Positions 11,301-21,900 of a DNA stretch of 64,000 nt are shown here, piece after piece. Origin of the DNA: Azolla caroliniana (Eukaryota > Plantae > Polypodiophyta); contig JBHGNT010000022.1 of NCBI GenBank assembly GCA_043228905.1, forward strand, positions 2,542,001-2,606,000, given 5' to 3'. The notes below the pieces were generated by a model. It had not been told where the DNA came from, ran no database searches, and saw only the letters and a list, made by a program, of their open reading frames with translations. The position numbers and the translations under genes were made by a program. Position 1 is the stretch's first letter, and each line of letters starts with the position of its first letter.

Positions 11301-12609
11301 TTTTTACCCGTTGGGAAATGGCCATTTCCCGTTCCAGCGCTTCCTGTGCTTGCCGTAATTCCCGAATCGAATCTTTGTCTGGTTCGGCTTCGGTTTCGTC
11401 CCGCTGCGGCAAGTATGGCGCTACGGCTTCAGCTACGTCAATCTCGAAGAGTGGTACGATCTTCGGGTGTTCCTCCAAGTACTGGGCTTCTTCGTCGTCT
11501 GCCAACCCTTCAAGCATGTTCACGCATTCCGCATACAGCGGTGTGCATTCCTTACCGTTGCTCGTCCGTGGTTGTGTCGGTACCCGGACCTTGGCTTTTC
11601 CGGCCGGAAGGTAATCATATTTTTCCGCCAATTTTGCTTGATGTGTGCTGTTTTCAACCATGGTCTGCCCAGCAACAGTGGGTACGCGCCTTGCGCCTGT
11701 AGCTGCAGCACTACAGCCGAGATGTGAAATGTGTGACCTCCTATGGTGACCTCCAATTTCCGTATTAAGCCCGTCGGCCGTACAGAGCTCGTATCCGCCA
11801 TCCGTAGCCAGAACGGACATGGCTCCCATTCGTGTCGCTGGTCCTTCCAACGTGACCCCGAATTCCGCTATCTTCGAGCGTTCTTCTTCCTCCGGTGTCA
11901 TTCGCTGGGACGTGTGATTTGCTTCCCATGTCTGCTCGAAGGCATGAACATGCGCTTCCGCGTCCGGATCATCGCGATACTTTGAGTATTGGAACGGCAT
12001 GTCGTCGTCCAGTATTAGGCCGCGGTTTAGTGGCGTTTGTTGATATCTTTCCGGTTTTCTCTCCGGTTCCACATCCGGTTGTTTTTCCGGTTCTTTCACC
12101 GGCTCGTCTTCCGGTACCTTCGCCGGCTCTTTCGTTGGTGTCGGTGGCTTTGCTTCTTCCCCTTCCGGTGTTGGTGGGTTGACGGCTTCCGTTTGCGGTT
12201 CCGGATAGCCCTGGTCGAGCGGTTCCGGTTCTGGAGTCGGCACAGTATCTGACCCGTCGTCCTCCGGGCCGCCGGGGGTATCGTTGCTGCTCCGGTAGTT
12301 CGTGTGCACGCTGTATCCCCCTTCGGAATCCGATTCGTAGGCTGAAAAGGCTTCTGCCTCATTTTCTCCGCTTGCCAGCGCCTCGAGGAGGCGTTCGGTG
12401 TCCCGGAGACTACTTAGACTGCTTCCGTCGTCCTGGTCACGAGTTTGCTGTAACCGAAGAGATTCCTCCGCGACTCTCCGGATCTCCTTGGAGAACGAAC
12501 GATCCGAGCGAATTTCGTGCGCTGCTTGCTGGAAAGTCTCACGCCGTCTTTGCCGTTCGGCGAGGCGTCGAGCTCGGTCTGTAACCAGGTCGTGCGTTGG
12601 TCTCGTCAT
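8329..12609 (-). CDS. Gag-Pol of A (RT, RNase H, integrase present; capsid, zinc knuckle and protease active site deleted)
   Basis: RVCVDYRKLN, FLDG..YNQI, VFLDDF, VDASDIA..TTERE, HC..GGH..CDLCQ, WGLDFVGP, SDQG, QANGLAE, WTGPY; no chromodomain. Confidence 0.92.
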   Translation of the reverse strand: MTRPTHDLVTDRARRLAERQRRRETFQQAAHEIRSDRSFSKEIRRVAEESLRLQQTRDQDDGSSLSSLRDTERLLEALASGENEAEAFSAYESDSEGGYSVHTNYRSSNDTPGGPEDDGSDTVPTPEPEPLDQGYPEPQTEAVNPPTPEGEEAKPPTPTKEPAKVPEDEPVKEPEKQPDVEPERKPERYQQTPLNRGLILDDDMPFQYSKYRDDPDAEAHVHAFEQTWEANHTSQRMTPEEEERSKIAEFGVTLEGPATRMGAMSVLATDGGYELCTADGLNTEIGGHHRRSHISHLGCSAAATGARRVPTVAGQTMVENSTHQAKLAEKYDYLPAGKAKVRVPTQPRTSNGKECTPLYAECVNMLEGLADDEEAQYLEEHPKIVPLFEIDVAEAVAPYLPQRDETEAEPDKDSIRELRQAQEALEREMAISQRVKTSQLDEVNLGSKDESKLVHIAKEMKPEDKAAMIKLLTEFRDVFAWSYEDMRGLDPQLYQHQIHLGKDAKPVAQRRYRMNPNYAAKVKEEIDKLLRVGFIRPVKKATWLSPIVVVPKKNGKIRVCVDYRKLNAATITDAFPLPFTDGVLDAVAGHEVYSFLDGFIGYNQIRMHPDDQEKTTFVTEWGVFVAEVMMFGLKTAPATFQRIIMEIFVEYIPAFMQVFLDDFAVYSRGKDHLQHLRLCLEKCRLYRLSLNPAKCIFGVSSGILLGHIVSKEGIAVDPDKVNAILGAPAPKTAKALSRFLGQIRWHSRMLRHLADLATPLHTAVHRTPFQWTDTEDKAYNALKVLLSQAPVVQPPDWSKEFHVFVDASDIAIGSALMQLTEPKWYRPVYYTSRKLSQAEKNYSTTEREALGMIYSVTKFRHYLLGRKFSFHVDHSALLYLVSKASLTGKLARWTLLLQEFEFEIFHRPGIQHAVADYLSRLESGESGDGVSDEFPDAELFRITPETAADDTVASEDRWLTNMHQFLSTGLPPEEMNRDERKRLAVQSRNFCLLRDTLYHKGADGIWRRAVRSDEKQVILREAHCGVAGGHYAGEATARKVWQSGLWWPTTLKDAVKYAKECDLCQQMGQPTEQARMPHQPVLPLEPFQKWGLDFVGPFKPPAMRTGNRYIIVATDYCTKWVEAKALRDNTASSTTKFLYENIWCRYGCPIELISDQGGHFLGQVVESLTTFYAVVHKRSTPYYPQANGLAESTNKTLQNILRKIVNENRTDWDTKLHSALWAYRTAYKTSIRTTPFRLAFGLEAVMPVEFQVPSLRIQLRERLNEKESEEMRLAALCELEEQRLANILHMELEQRRRKAFVDRHRKGNEKMFEIGKPVLVFQTRMGKMPGKLRFRWTGPYWLTREYNGSYQLGTLAGEVLGKWVNGFRLKPYKGPMPNNPFMHPTGTIPGTVRMEEKDDGEPVAEAKEDTATRKENGKGPKGPTDG

Positions 12610-13086
12610 CCATTAAGCCGTCGTTCGCTGCGAGAAAGCAGGAATCGTGGTCGCCAAAACTGTGTTATTCTCTGACCGGACAAGGCCTAACACAAGGTGT
12701 CACGGAGACACTTCACCAAAGGGTGATTACGGCATAGGATTATGACTCAACGATTACACCGACTTACGTAGGTTACACGATTAGATCGCTTTTGTTAATT
12801 ACACGCGTAAGATATAACAGTAAGTACAGAACGGACATCAACACAGAAGTATAAACACCATATGCTCTATTAATTATCCGCTGCGATTACAATGGGGTCC
12901 GGGCCTTTAAATAGGTTTCCGGCCCGTAGTACAAAACGGTGCCTATCGCACCTATTCGGGATCCGTCCGGATCTGGAACGGCATACCGTTTCCAGTCCGT
13001 CCGTCCACACTATGCTCATTTACAACCATACTTAATTAACTCCTTCACTCCGTATTTTGGACTCCTTGCCGGCCGGTAACACCGAT

Positions 13087-14032
13087 AGCCGAAGTCCCCA
13101 TCATTCCATAACCTAGAAATATACACTTAAGTGCATGATGTGCCAGCTTGGTCGTTTTATCCTGGGGAATGAAATCATAGGCTTCACATTCGAATATACG
13201 GAGCATGTCATAGGTTGGCTATTTGTCAAACCATAGTGCTTGTGACACTTCGAACCACACTACTCTCAACGGTAATAGATTTACCAAGTAGACAACCATT
13301 GCAATGCCTCGGCCTAGAATTCCAACTTGAGTTCGGAATGTTGGAGCATTGTCATCACTCTCTCCTAGATTGTCCTATTCATTTATTCCACCACGTCATT
13401 ATGCATGGGAGTATATGGAATGGTTTTTTATGTTGAGTTCCTTTGTGGCACAGTTACTGTTTGATAGCACAAGAGGTGTACTCACCTCCATTGTGAGACT
13501 AGAGTGTCTTCACTCGGTGTCCTAATTAGTTCTCCTCTTCGGCTAACCATCGAGAGAAGACCTCAAACGCTTTGTCTTTCGACCTAATTGAGTAGATCCA
13601 AACATTTCATGTAAAATCATCTATGAACATGATGAAGTACCGGGAGCCTCCTAGTGATCTTTCAGGCATCCGCCCACATATATCAGTGTGGACCAATTCT
13701 AGGGATTTCCGTACCATTTCGTAATGGAAAAATTGTACGCTTCATGTTTGTTTCCTGGATTGACAATGCTTGCAAAAGTCCATCTTCGTCTGGACTTTAG
13801 AGATTGTAGCCAATTATCATTAGTCTGTCTAGTCCAACTTGGGACATATGGTCAAGTCGGCCATGCCATAAGTTTGATTCTGACAAGTTGACTATGTTCA
13901 TAAACCCCCCTAGACTAATCGCATTAGTGGGAACAAGTTTTTGTACTTGCATCCACAACCGATTTTTATATTTCCTTGGTTGATTGACCATGACCACTCA
14001 CTTCGAGTTGTCTGATATCGAGATTCGGCTAG
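13087..14032 (-). pseudogene. Integrase region of an old Tork/Tnt1-like Copia that hosts A and B
   Basis: [28 protein letters not shown]; continues at 4743-4808 (DVVFNE) and at 34152 across the TSDs. Confidence 0.8.
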
Positions 14033-14291
14033 CATGCTGTTACTGGCCGGCAAAGGAGTCCAGAGTGGGAAACGGAGAGCTAATTAAGTAGTAGGAATGT
14101 GGTTGTAATTAAGCTATGAGTGTGGACGGACGGACCGGAATCGGTATGCCGTTCCGGATCCAGACCGATCCCGAACAGGTGCGGATGGCACCGTTTTGTA
14201 ATACAGACCGGAAACCTATTTAAAGGCCCGGATAAAGCGTTGTTATATCTCTGTCAATTGCCGTTCTGTCTTAATTGTATATCTTACGCGT

Positions 14292-15208
14292 TGTCGGGGT
14301 AGTTGTGGTTCGTGCGGCGAAGTCGCGGGGACTAAGGTCAAGGGGGAGTTGAAGGAACTTTTATAAGGCTTGCGCACAAATGTTAGGAAGATGAAGGATA
14401 AAAAGAATAAGAGTTTAAAGTAATGTGTGTGAGAGAGAGACAAGTATAGATAAAGGATAGAGACAATGTATGATTCAAGAAAGAAGATTGAGACAAAGTA
14501 TGATTCTAGAAAGAAGATTGAGACAAAGTATGATTCAAAGAACAAGAGTATATGATATAAACATGATGTATATTAACAATATAATATTTTACCAACTTTA
14601 CAATCCTCAATCGCAAACTGAACACATTCTCTATCGACCCTTGATTTGAACCCACGACCTCAACTTCGAAACGAGAGGTTCTCCACCCAATGAGTTAGTC
14701 TTCTTTAGTTGGTTGTATTATTTTCTCACTTTCTCTTGATTCCTTGATTACTTTGTTTTCCCTTTCCTCTCTTTTTATAAGTATTTCCATGCATATGGTA
14801 ATGTCATGCATGTAATGCATGAGTTACATCTGATGCATGATCGCCATTTGGCGCACATGCATTGCATGTGATGCATGATAGCCATCATGCTCATTTGAGC
14901 TCCCATGTATTGTGATAAGTATAATGATGGATATAACCCTAAAACAAATAACCTAGCTTAGTGGTGTATGCTTTGTGCTTGATATACAAGGTTGAGGGTT
15001 CAAGTCCCTCAATTTTACTTAATACAATATATAGCTTCATTCTTATATCATGAAGCACATTTATTACACACTTTTAAAAATAAATAGCCTAGCCTAGTGG
15101 TATGTACATTGTACATCGTATATAAGGATGTGGGTTCAAGTCTCTCAAATATTATTAAATACAACATTTAAGCTCATTTTTATATCGTGAAGCACATTCT
15201 TCACGACA
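14292..15208 (-). repeat. Solo LTR inserted in B's 5' LTR
   Basis: TGTCG..CGACA termini, flanked by GCGT on both sides; 30-bp tandem repeats ~14455-14545; strand inferred from the GA-rich tract. Confidence 0.8.
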
Positions 15209-15212
15209 GCGT

Positions 15213-18200
15213 TGTCGTAGTGTATTTTGTACACTACGCGAAAAACGTATATAGTATTAGATTCAATAAAAAATGAAGAAATAGAAGAAAATAGCAAAAT
15301 AAATGGAACATGCATAGGGCAAGATTCGAACCTTGCACCTCCATGTTAATAATGTAATGTCTTACCATTACAGCATTTCATTAGTGTTTAAGCATAGATG
15401 TCCCACATAGAAAGGTAAATTCACGCTAGGATAAACATTAGAAAAACGCATAACAAAAGAAAAAGCTACACATACACATCTAGCGTGCATGATAAAAAAC
15501 GCACAAGTTAGAAAAAAGCATGATCACTTTAGATAAAGCATATAGTCTATCTATAGGAAAAGCATGGGGTCTATAGTTAGAGAAAAAGCATGGATTACTA
15601 AGACTTCCTCATCACTACATAAGGATGGGGAGCACAATGTAATTGTGTGTGAAAAATATTTGGAAACTGGATATGTTTCTAAAAAACACCAATTAATAAA
15701 CTATACTCGTGGGATTCACGAGAATTCTATATCATTCTCTTTCAACCGAAGTTTATATTCTTATATTCATATTGATTAATCTAATACAATACACTCGTGG
15801 GATTCACGAGTTTGCTATAACTCTTTCTTACAACATATTTATATTCTTATTACCCTTAAAACTCTCCTCTTCCTAGTCCAAAACCCCAGTGGTTCCCACC
15901 CGACTCACGCAAACGATCCGGAGCCGAAAGGCACGACAAAGTTGGTGAACCCGACGTGAAGACGGGTGGCAAGGAGATGGAGAATCAACAAGAGGCGATG
16001 AACATGATGATGATAATGTTTGAGCGGATGCAACAAGAACAACGTGCGATGTCGGAGATCACGGGGGCAGTAAAGCGGCTCGTGCGACGAAACGGGGAAT
16101 TCAACGGTAAGGGTGTGTCACGCTACCTACGTGAATATAAGGCGGAGATGATGCAATATCGGATACCGGAAGGATTGCAAGTGATATCCTTTAGTCGGGT
16201 GGCCTCGGACGAACTACAAGAGAGAATCCACAAGATACAACAACAAAACTCGACATGGGAGTCCTTTGAAGAAGCTTTACGGGAGGCATATGACTATGAG
16301 AGATGGACGGGACGAGATCGACGAGAATTCGACGAATGGGTGGCGTCGGAGAAGACTCACCGAAGTGCAACGCAAGCGTTCCTAGAGTTCGAGCATCGTT
16401 TTGCTCGACTCTCGGAGCGGGAACGAAGATTGGTGGGAGGAGATAAAGTCTTAATGTTCGTAAGATCGATCGATCGGAAAGAAAGGATGGACATTGGGAT
16501 CGAACTCGAAGATGATGACGGTGCGAACGGCCTTACCGAGGATTGGGCCAAAGTCGAAAGGGTATGCCGAAGACATGATGAAAGGAAGCTGAGAATCTCG
16601 TCAACAACGACATGGCCCATGAAGGATGGTCGATTGAGGAAAAACGATGAAGCCAATATGAAGGCCGAAATACAACATGATGGTACCACGGGAGAAAGAG
16701 TGGAACAAGACACCCACTCGTCTTGTGAAAGAACGATGGCGAAGGATAAGGCCGATAATTCAAGTGTAGAAGGAAATTTCGGGATACAAGTGCCCGAGAC
16801 ATCGGGTCAAAAAGGGGTAAGCATAATAGATGTTTGCATAATTGATGCAGATAAAGAGTGTGAAGCGGATGTGATTAAGGAGGTAGCCACAAAAGACGAA
16901 ATCGAATCGGAGGTGGCTATGGACGAATCAATGGCGGATTGCCATATCGAGACTTCCCCACCACTGATTCTAGAGACTCCGGCGGTTGCGATCGAAAGGC
17001 AACGTGAGACCGAAGAGACGGAAGGTGGCGGAGAGAAAACGAATGTCGAAGCCGACGAATACGATGAAGAGATAGCCGAGAAGAATGCTAAGGGTGAAAC
17101 TACGAAAGAAGGTAATACCAAGGATTCATGCCAACAATATCTAGAGACTTCGGTGGTTGTGTCCGAGAACCAACGTGAGACCGGAGAGACGGGAGATGGC
17201 GGCGAGGAAGGTAAAGTCGGAAGTCGGTTCGGATGGAAAATGATCCATCCGAAATTCCAATCTAAAAGAAAGTGCGACAATGCGGAGGTCGGGTCTACGA
17301 CGGGAGAAGCGCGTAATACAGAGCACGCTCTACGGCGAATAAAGAAACGCGTGTTATGGCGAATAAAGAAGCACGCGCTACGGCGAGAAAAGAAGCATGC
17401 ATTACAACCACACGAGGACCGAACAACGAGCACATATCGGAGGACCTACGTAGCGAACAACGGAAAGAAGTGCCGAAAGTCGAACCGGACAAGGCAGGTG
17501 AAAACGAAGAAAAGAAAGCAAATCCGGACGAAAAGAAAAGAAAAGAAACCGACCCAAAAGAGCACTGAATCGGTAAAAACCGATCAACCGAGTCCGGATC
17601 GACCGAATACAAATCGGAAAGGAAGCCGAACTAAACGAAAGACGATCCGACGAGACCGAATCGGAAGTAAGCTAATCCGACTAAACCGAAAATCCGAAAA
17701 GAAGTCGAGATTGATGAAGAAAAGAAAGAGGGCAAGAAAAGATACTACCGCGGATGACAAGGACCAAGCGGGCCATGCAAAAAGCGAACGAAGACTATGG
17801 TGGATCGGATGTCGACAATGGTTCGGGTGGAAAGAATGGATGTGCTCCAAATGGAGAGACAAAGTCAACATAACAAGAGAAGTCGAGGGTACTACGAGCC
17901 GGCAACGAAACCAATCGGGTAGAGACCAGACGGAGGAGACTAACAAACACCAACAACTTCGGCACATACCGGAGGATGTGCGGGTTTGGAGGGGGTGAGT
18001 GTCGTAGTGTATTTTGTACACTACGTGAAAAACGTATATAGTATTAGATTCAATAAAAAATGAAGAAATAGAAGAAAATAGCAAAATAAATGGAACATGC
18101 ATAGGGCAAGATTCGAACCTTGCACCTCCATGTTAATAATGTAATGTCTTACCATTACACTAGCATTTCATTAGTGTTAAAGCATAGATGTCCCACATAG

Positions 18201-18728
18201 AAAGGTAAATTCACGCTAGGATAAACATTAGAAAAACGCATAACAAAAGAAAAAGCTACACATACACATCTAGCGTGCATGATAAAAAACGCACAAGTTA
18301 GAAAAAAGCATGATCACTTTAGATAAAGCATATAGTCTATCTATAGGAAAAGCATGGGGTCTATAGTTAGAGAAAAAGCATGGATTACTAAGACTTCCTC
18401 ATCACTACATAAGGATGGGGAGCACAATGTAATTGTGTGTGAAAAATATTTGGAAACTGGATATGTTTCTAAAAAACACCAATTAATAAACTATACTCGT
18501 GGGATTCACGAGAATTCTATATCATTCTCTTTCAACCGAAGTTTATATTCTTATATTCATATTGATTAATCTAATACAATACACTCGTGGGATTCACGAG
18601 TTTGCTATAACTCTTTCTTACAACATATTTATATTCTTATTACCCTTAAAACTCTCCTCTTCCTAGTCCAAAACCCCAGTGGTTCCCACCCGACTCACGC
18701 AAACGATCCGGAGCCGAAAGGCACGACA
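15213..18728 (+). mobile_element. Element C: non-autonomous Gag-only LTR retrotransposon
   Basis: LTRs 15213-15938 and 18000-18728 (2 substitutions + one 3-bp indel seen), 4-bp TSD GCGT, 18-nt PBS TGGTGAACCCGACGTGAA 15943-15960 (tRNA-Trp complement, from memory), PPT GGAGGGGG just before 18000. Confidence 0.92.
15956..17998 (+). CDS. Gag-like protein with acidic then Lys/Arg-rich tail
   Basis: 680-codon ORF filling the whole internal region; FNGKGVSRYLREY..W..F..AL Gag-like start; no PR/RT/IN motifs; first ATG at 15977. Confidence 0.75.
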   Translation: MKTGGKEMENQQEAMNMMMIMFERMQQEQRAMSEITGAVKRLVRRNGEFNGKGVSRYLREYKAEMMQYRIPEGLQVISFSRVASDELQERIHKIQQQNSTWESFEEALREAYDYERWTGRDRREFDEWVASEKTHRSATQAFLEFEHRFARLSERERRLVGGDKVLMFVRSIDRKERMDIGIELEDDDGANGLTEDWAKVERVCRRHDERKLRISSTTTWPMKDGRLRKNDEANMKAEIQHDGTTGERVEQDTHSSCERTMAKDKADNSSVEGNFGIQVPETSGQKGVSIIDVCIIDADKECEADVIKEVATKDEIESEVAMDESMADCHIETSPPLILETPAVAIERQRETEETEGGGEKTNVEADEYDEEIAEKNAKGETTKEGNTKDSCQQYLETSVVVSENQRETGETGDGGEEGKVGSRFGWKMIHPKFQSKRKCDNAEVGSTTGEARNTEHALRRIKKRVLWRIKKHALRREKKHALQPHEDRTTSTYRRTYVANNGKKCRKSNRTRQVKTKKRKQIRTKRKEKKPTQKSTESVKTDQPSPDRPNTNRKGSRTKRKTIRRDRIGSKLIRLNRKSEKKSRLMKKRKRARKDTTADDKDQAGHAKSERRLWWIGCRQWFGWKEWMCSKWRDKVNITREVEGTTSRQRNQSGRDQTEETNKHQQLRHIPEDVRVWRG

Positions 18729-18926
18729 GCGTGTTATGAAGACGATCCTAATAAGTAACTTAACTAAGTCGGATTAAGCGTTGAAGTCTAATCCGGTTGC
18801 CGTAACACCCTTTGGTGAAGTGTCTCACGTAGACACCCTGTTTTAGGCCATTGTCCGGCCCGAAGAGTTAACACAGTTTTTGGCGACCACGATTCCTGTT
18901 TTTGCAGTGAACGACGGCACGGATGG

Positions 18927-21900
18927 ATGTCTAGATCAACGCACAACCTGGTTACAGATCGAACTCGACGCCTTGCCGAAAGGCAAAGGAGACGCGAGGC
19001 CTTCCAGCAAGTGGCGCAGGAAATTAGAGCGGATCGCTCGTTTTCCAACGTAATCTAGAGAGTAGCGGAGGACTCCCACTGGTTACAGCAAACATCGCAC
19101 CCGGACGACGGCAGCAGCCTAAGCAGCCTCCAGGAAACCGAATCCCTTCTCCACGCGTTGGCAAACGGAGAAGGCGAAGCAGAGGCCTTTTCAGCATATG
19201 AATCGGACTCCGAAGGGGAATACAGCGTGCACACGAACTACCGTAGTAGCAACGAAACCCCGGGCGGACCGGAGGACGAAGGATCGGATACCTTACCGAC
19301 ACCGGAACCGGAACCGGAAGTGCTAACGCTGGAACCCCTGGTACCAGCAGAAGAAGAACGACCTCCGACACCAGAAATCGAGGAGGAGAGGTCTCCATCA
19401 CCAGCGGAAGAGAAACAACCGACACCGGAATCAAATCAGGAAAGACCACCGACACCGGAGAAAATTCCGGAACGAGCACCAACACTACCAGCCCGCGCAC
19501 CGATATTGGACGACGACATGGCGTTCCAGTACTCCAAGTATAGAGATGATCCGGACGCGGAAGCTCATGTGCACGCATTTGAACAGACATGGGAAGCCAA
19601 CCATGTGTCCCAGCGACTAACACCGGAGGAAGAAGAACGCTCTAAGATAGCAGAGTTTGGCGTCACATTGGAGGGACCGGCAGCAAGATGGCGCCGGACG
19701 CAGGACCCGTCTACCATCAACACCTTTGCAGATTTAAAAGCTAAATTCATGCATTTTTTTCAAAAGGAGGTGGACCAGACCGTAATGGTAGGCTTATTTT
19801 ATACTATCCGGCAAGAGGCAAGGGAGAGCATTCCCCAATTTGTCATCCGGTTTCAACGGATGCATAGTCAGCTTACCCGTGCACCCCTGGAGGAGGAATT
19901 ACGGACGATATTCCTAAACGCGCTCCGGGAACCCCTACGCACGGTTTGCACGGTAATCGATTTCAGTACAAGTACCATCGACCAGGTCATTGACCGGGTG
20001 AAAGAGATGGAAAAGACAAGCTACTGGCTCACACTGGGCGCACTTCAACGGGCGTTACCGTCTGATGAAGACCTCCGGTTTCGGCAAGCAATACAATGCA
20101 CAACCTGCTTGAATTCCGAACACTCGGCTCTAGAATGCACTATGAGGACGCAATGTGTAATCTGTCAGTCCAAGAGCCATACGACGGATAGGTGCGAGTA
20201 TAATCTGTTAACTCGGCAAGCACCGCCCGTCCGACAAATTGAGCCACGCAGCAGCCGGGACGAAGAAGACGAACGCTGGCGGCGAATGGACCGTGACCGA
20301 CCGGCACAGGATGTTCGGTATGGCGAGCGACGGGAAAATGAGGTCCGGTATGGCGAGCGACGGGAAAATAATGTCCGGTACGGCGAGCGACGGGAAAATG
20401 ATGTCCGGTACGATGATCGGCGAGATAACTATGACCGGCATGATCGGCACCAGGATTACAATAGACGATACGAACAGTACGACTGGGAGCACTCCCCCGG
20501 GTATCGTCAGCAACGGGAGGAATACGGCCGATATAACGGGCAACCCCGTCAAGAGTACCGTAATAAGAACAGCTTTAACAAAAAACGGCATTTTTAAAAA
20601 GACGGCTACCCCCGGGACCCGGAACAAGGCGCTCCAAGTAGCCAACCGGTACAAAACCCCGCGCGTACCGTAGGACCTGCCCCAGGTACAACAGACAATG
20701 CCAAATCTAGCAATGCCCGGAAAGCCTACTACTACTACTGCAGACAGGAAGGCCATTATAGTAACCAATGCCCGGTGAAGAGCTATGAAAAACGACCGGC
20801 GGTAAATATGGTAGTCCCTGAGCTGGCAGACCTGCAGCAGGTGACCACAAGATCGAAGGGCATGGCCAAAGAATGGGAGACACAGGAGACCATCCGCAAA
20901 CAAGCAACAGAATGGGTAAAGAAAGCAAACGAGCAGAATGTCACAGACTTACAGCAGCAAAAGGAGAACACCGCAGGGCTTGCCGGCGGTAGTCACTCCG
21001 AGAACGAGACATGGCAGGCGTTGCAAGAATGCCAGATTACGTTACCACTAGGAAGACTCCTACAACTCGTGCCTAGATTCACGGAAGGACTAAAGACGGC
21101 CATGACGGCAGGAGAACCATCACCGGCACCGGTACTCTTCTCGAATCCGGAGGAGGGACCAACAGTGGTAGATACCAGCAGTCCAGTAATCACTGCCATT
21201 GTAAAAGGGAAAGAACTCCCCGGCACAGTTATAGACGGAGGCTCCGGGGTAAATGTAATAAGCCTCCGGACGTGTGAGGACCTAGGAATCCACGAGTGGG
21301 AGCCGTGTCCGTTCTGGTTGCGGATGGCCAATACAAGCTCAGTGCGGCCGACAGGATTAATACGGAAATTAGAAGTCACCGTCGGCGGGCATACATTTCA
21401 CATCTCGGCCGTAGTGCTACAATTACAGGCACAAGGCGCATACCCACTATTGCTGGGGCGGCCATGGTTGAAAACGGCACATATCAAACAGAATTGGCGA
21501 AAAAATATAATTACCTTCCGGCGAGGAAAAGCCAAGGTACGGGTACCAACACAGCCAAGGACGAGCACTCGCAAGGAATGTACACCGTTGAATGCGGAAT
21601 GCGTCAACATGCTCGAAGGGTTAGCGGACGAAGAAGAAGCTCAATACCTGCAGGAAAACCCGAAGATCATACCCCTCTTCGAAATTGACATTGCCGAAGC
21701 CGTAGCACCGTACTTACCGCAACCGGAAGAGGCAGAAGCAGAACCGGATAAAGACGCAATCCGGGAGTTACGGCAAGCGCAGGAAGCGTTGGAACGGGAA
21801 ATGGCCGTTTCACAGCGCGTGAAAGCATCGCAATTGGAAGAGGTGAATTTAGGCACCACGGACGAAGCAAAACCGGTGCACATCGCCAAGGAGATGAAGT

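Larger units (their letters stand above)
4809..13081 (-). mobile_element. Element A: Athila/Tat-like Ty3/Gypsy with 3' extra ORF, internally deleted
   Basis: LTRs 12663-13081 and 4809-5227 (419 bp, one mismatch seen), TGTTA..TAACA termini, 5-bp TSD CCGAT (4804-4808, 13082-13086), PBS TGGCGACCAC on the minus strand after the 5' LTR. Confidence 0.95.

Noticed and set aside
14640-15145. Functional tRNA genes
   Set aside because: A and B boxes are present, but the acceptor and anticodon stems do not pair; the modules lie inside LTRs
15564-15779. Duplicated 71-aa gene (also at 18354)
   Set aside because: It is an incidental ORF duplicated because it lies in C's LTRs
20580-20600. Programmed gag-pol frameshift at TTTTTAAAAA in B
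   Set aside because: The downstream zinc knuckle and pol are in the same frame; the TAA is best read as a premature stop
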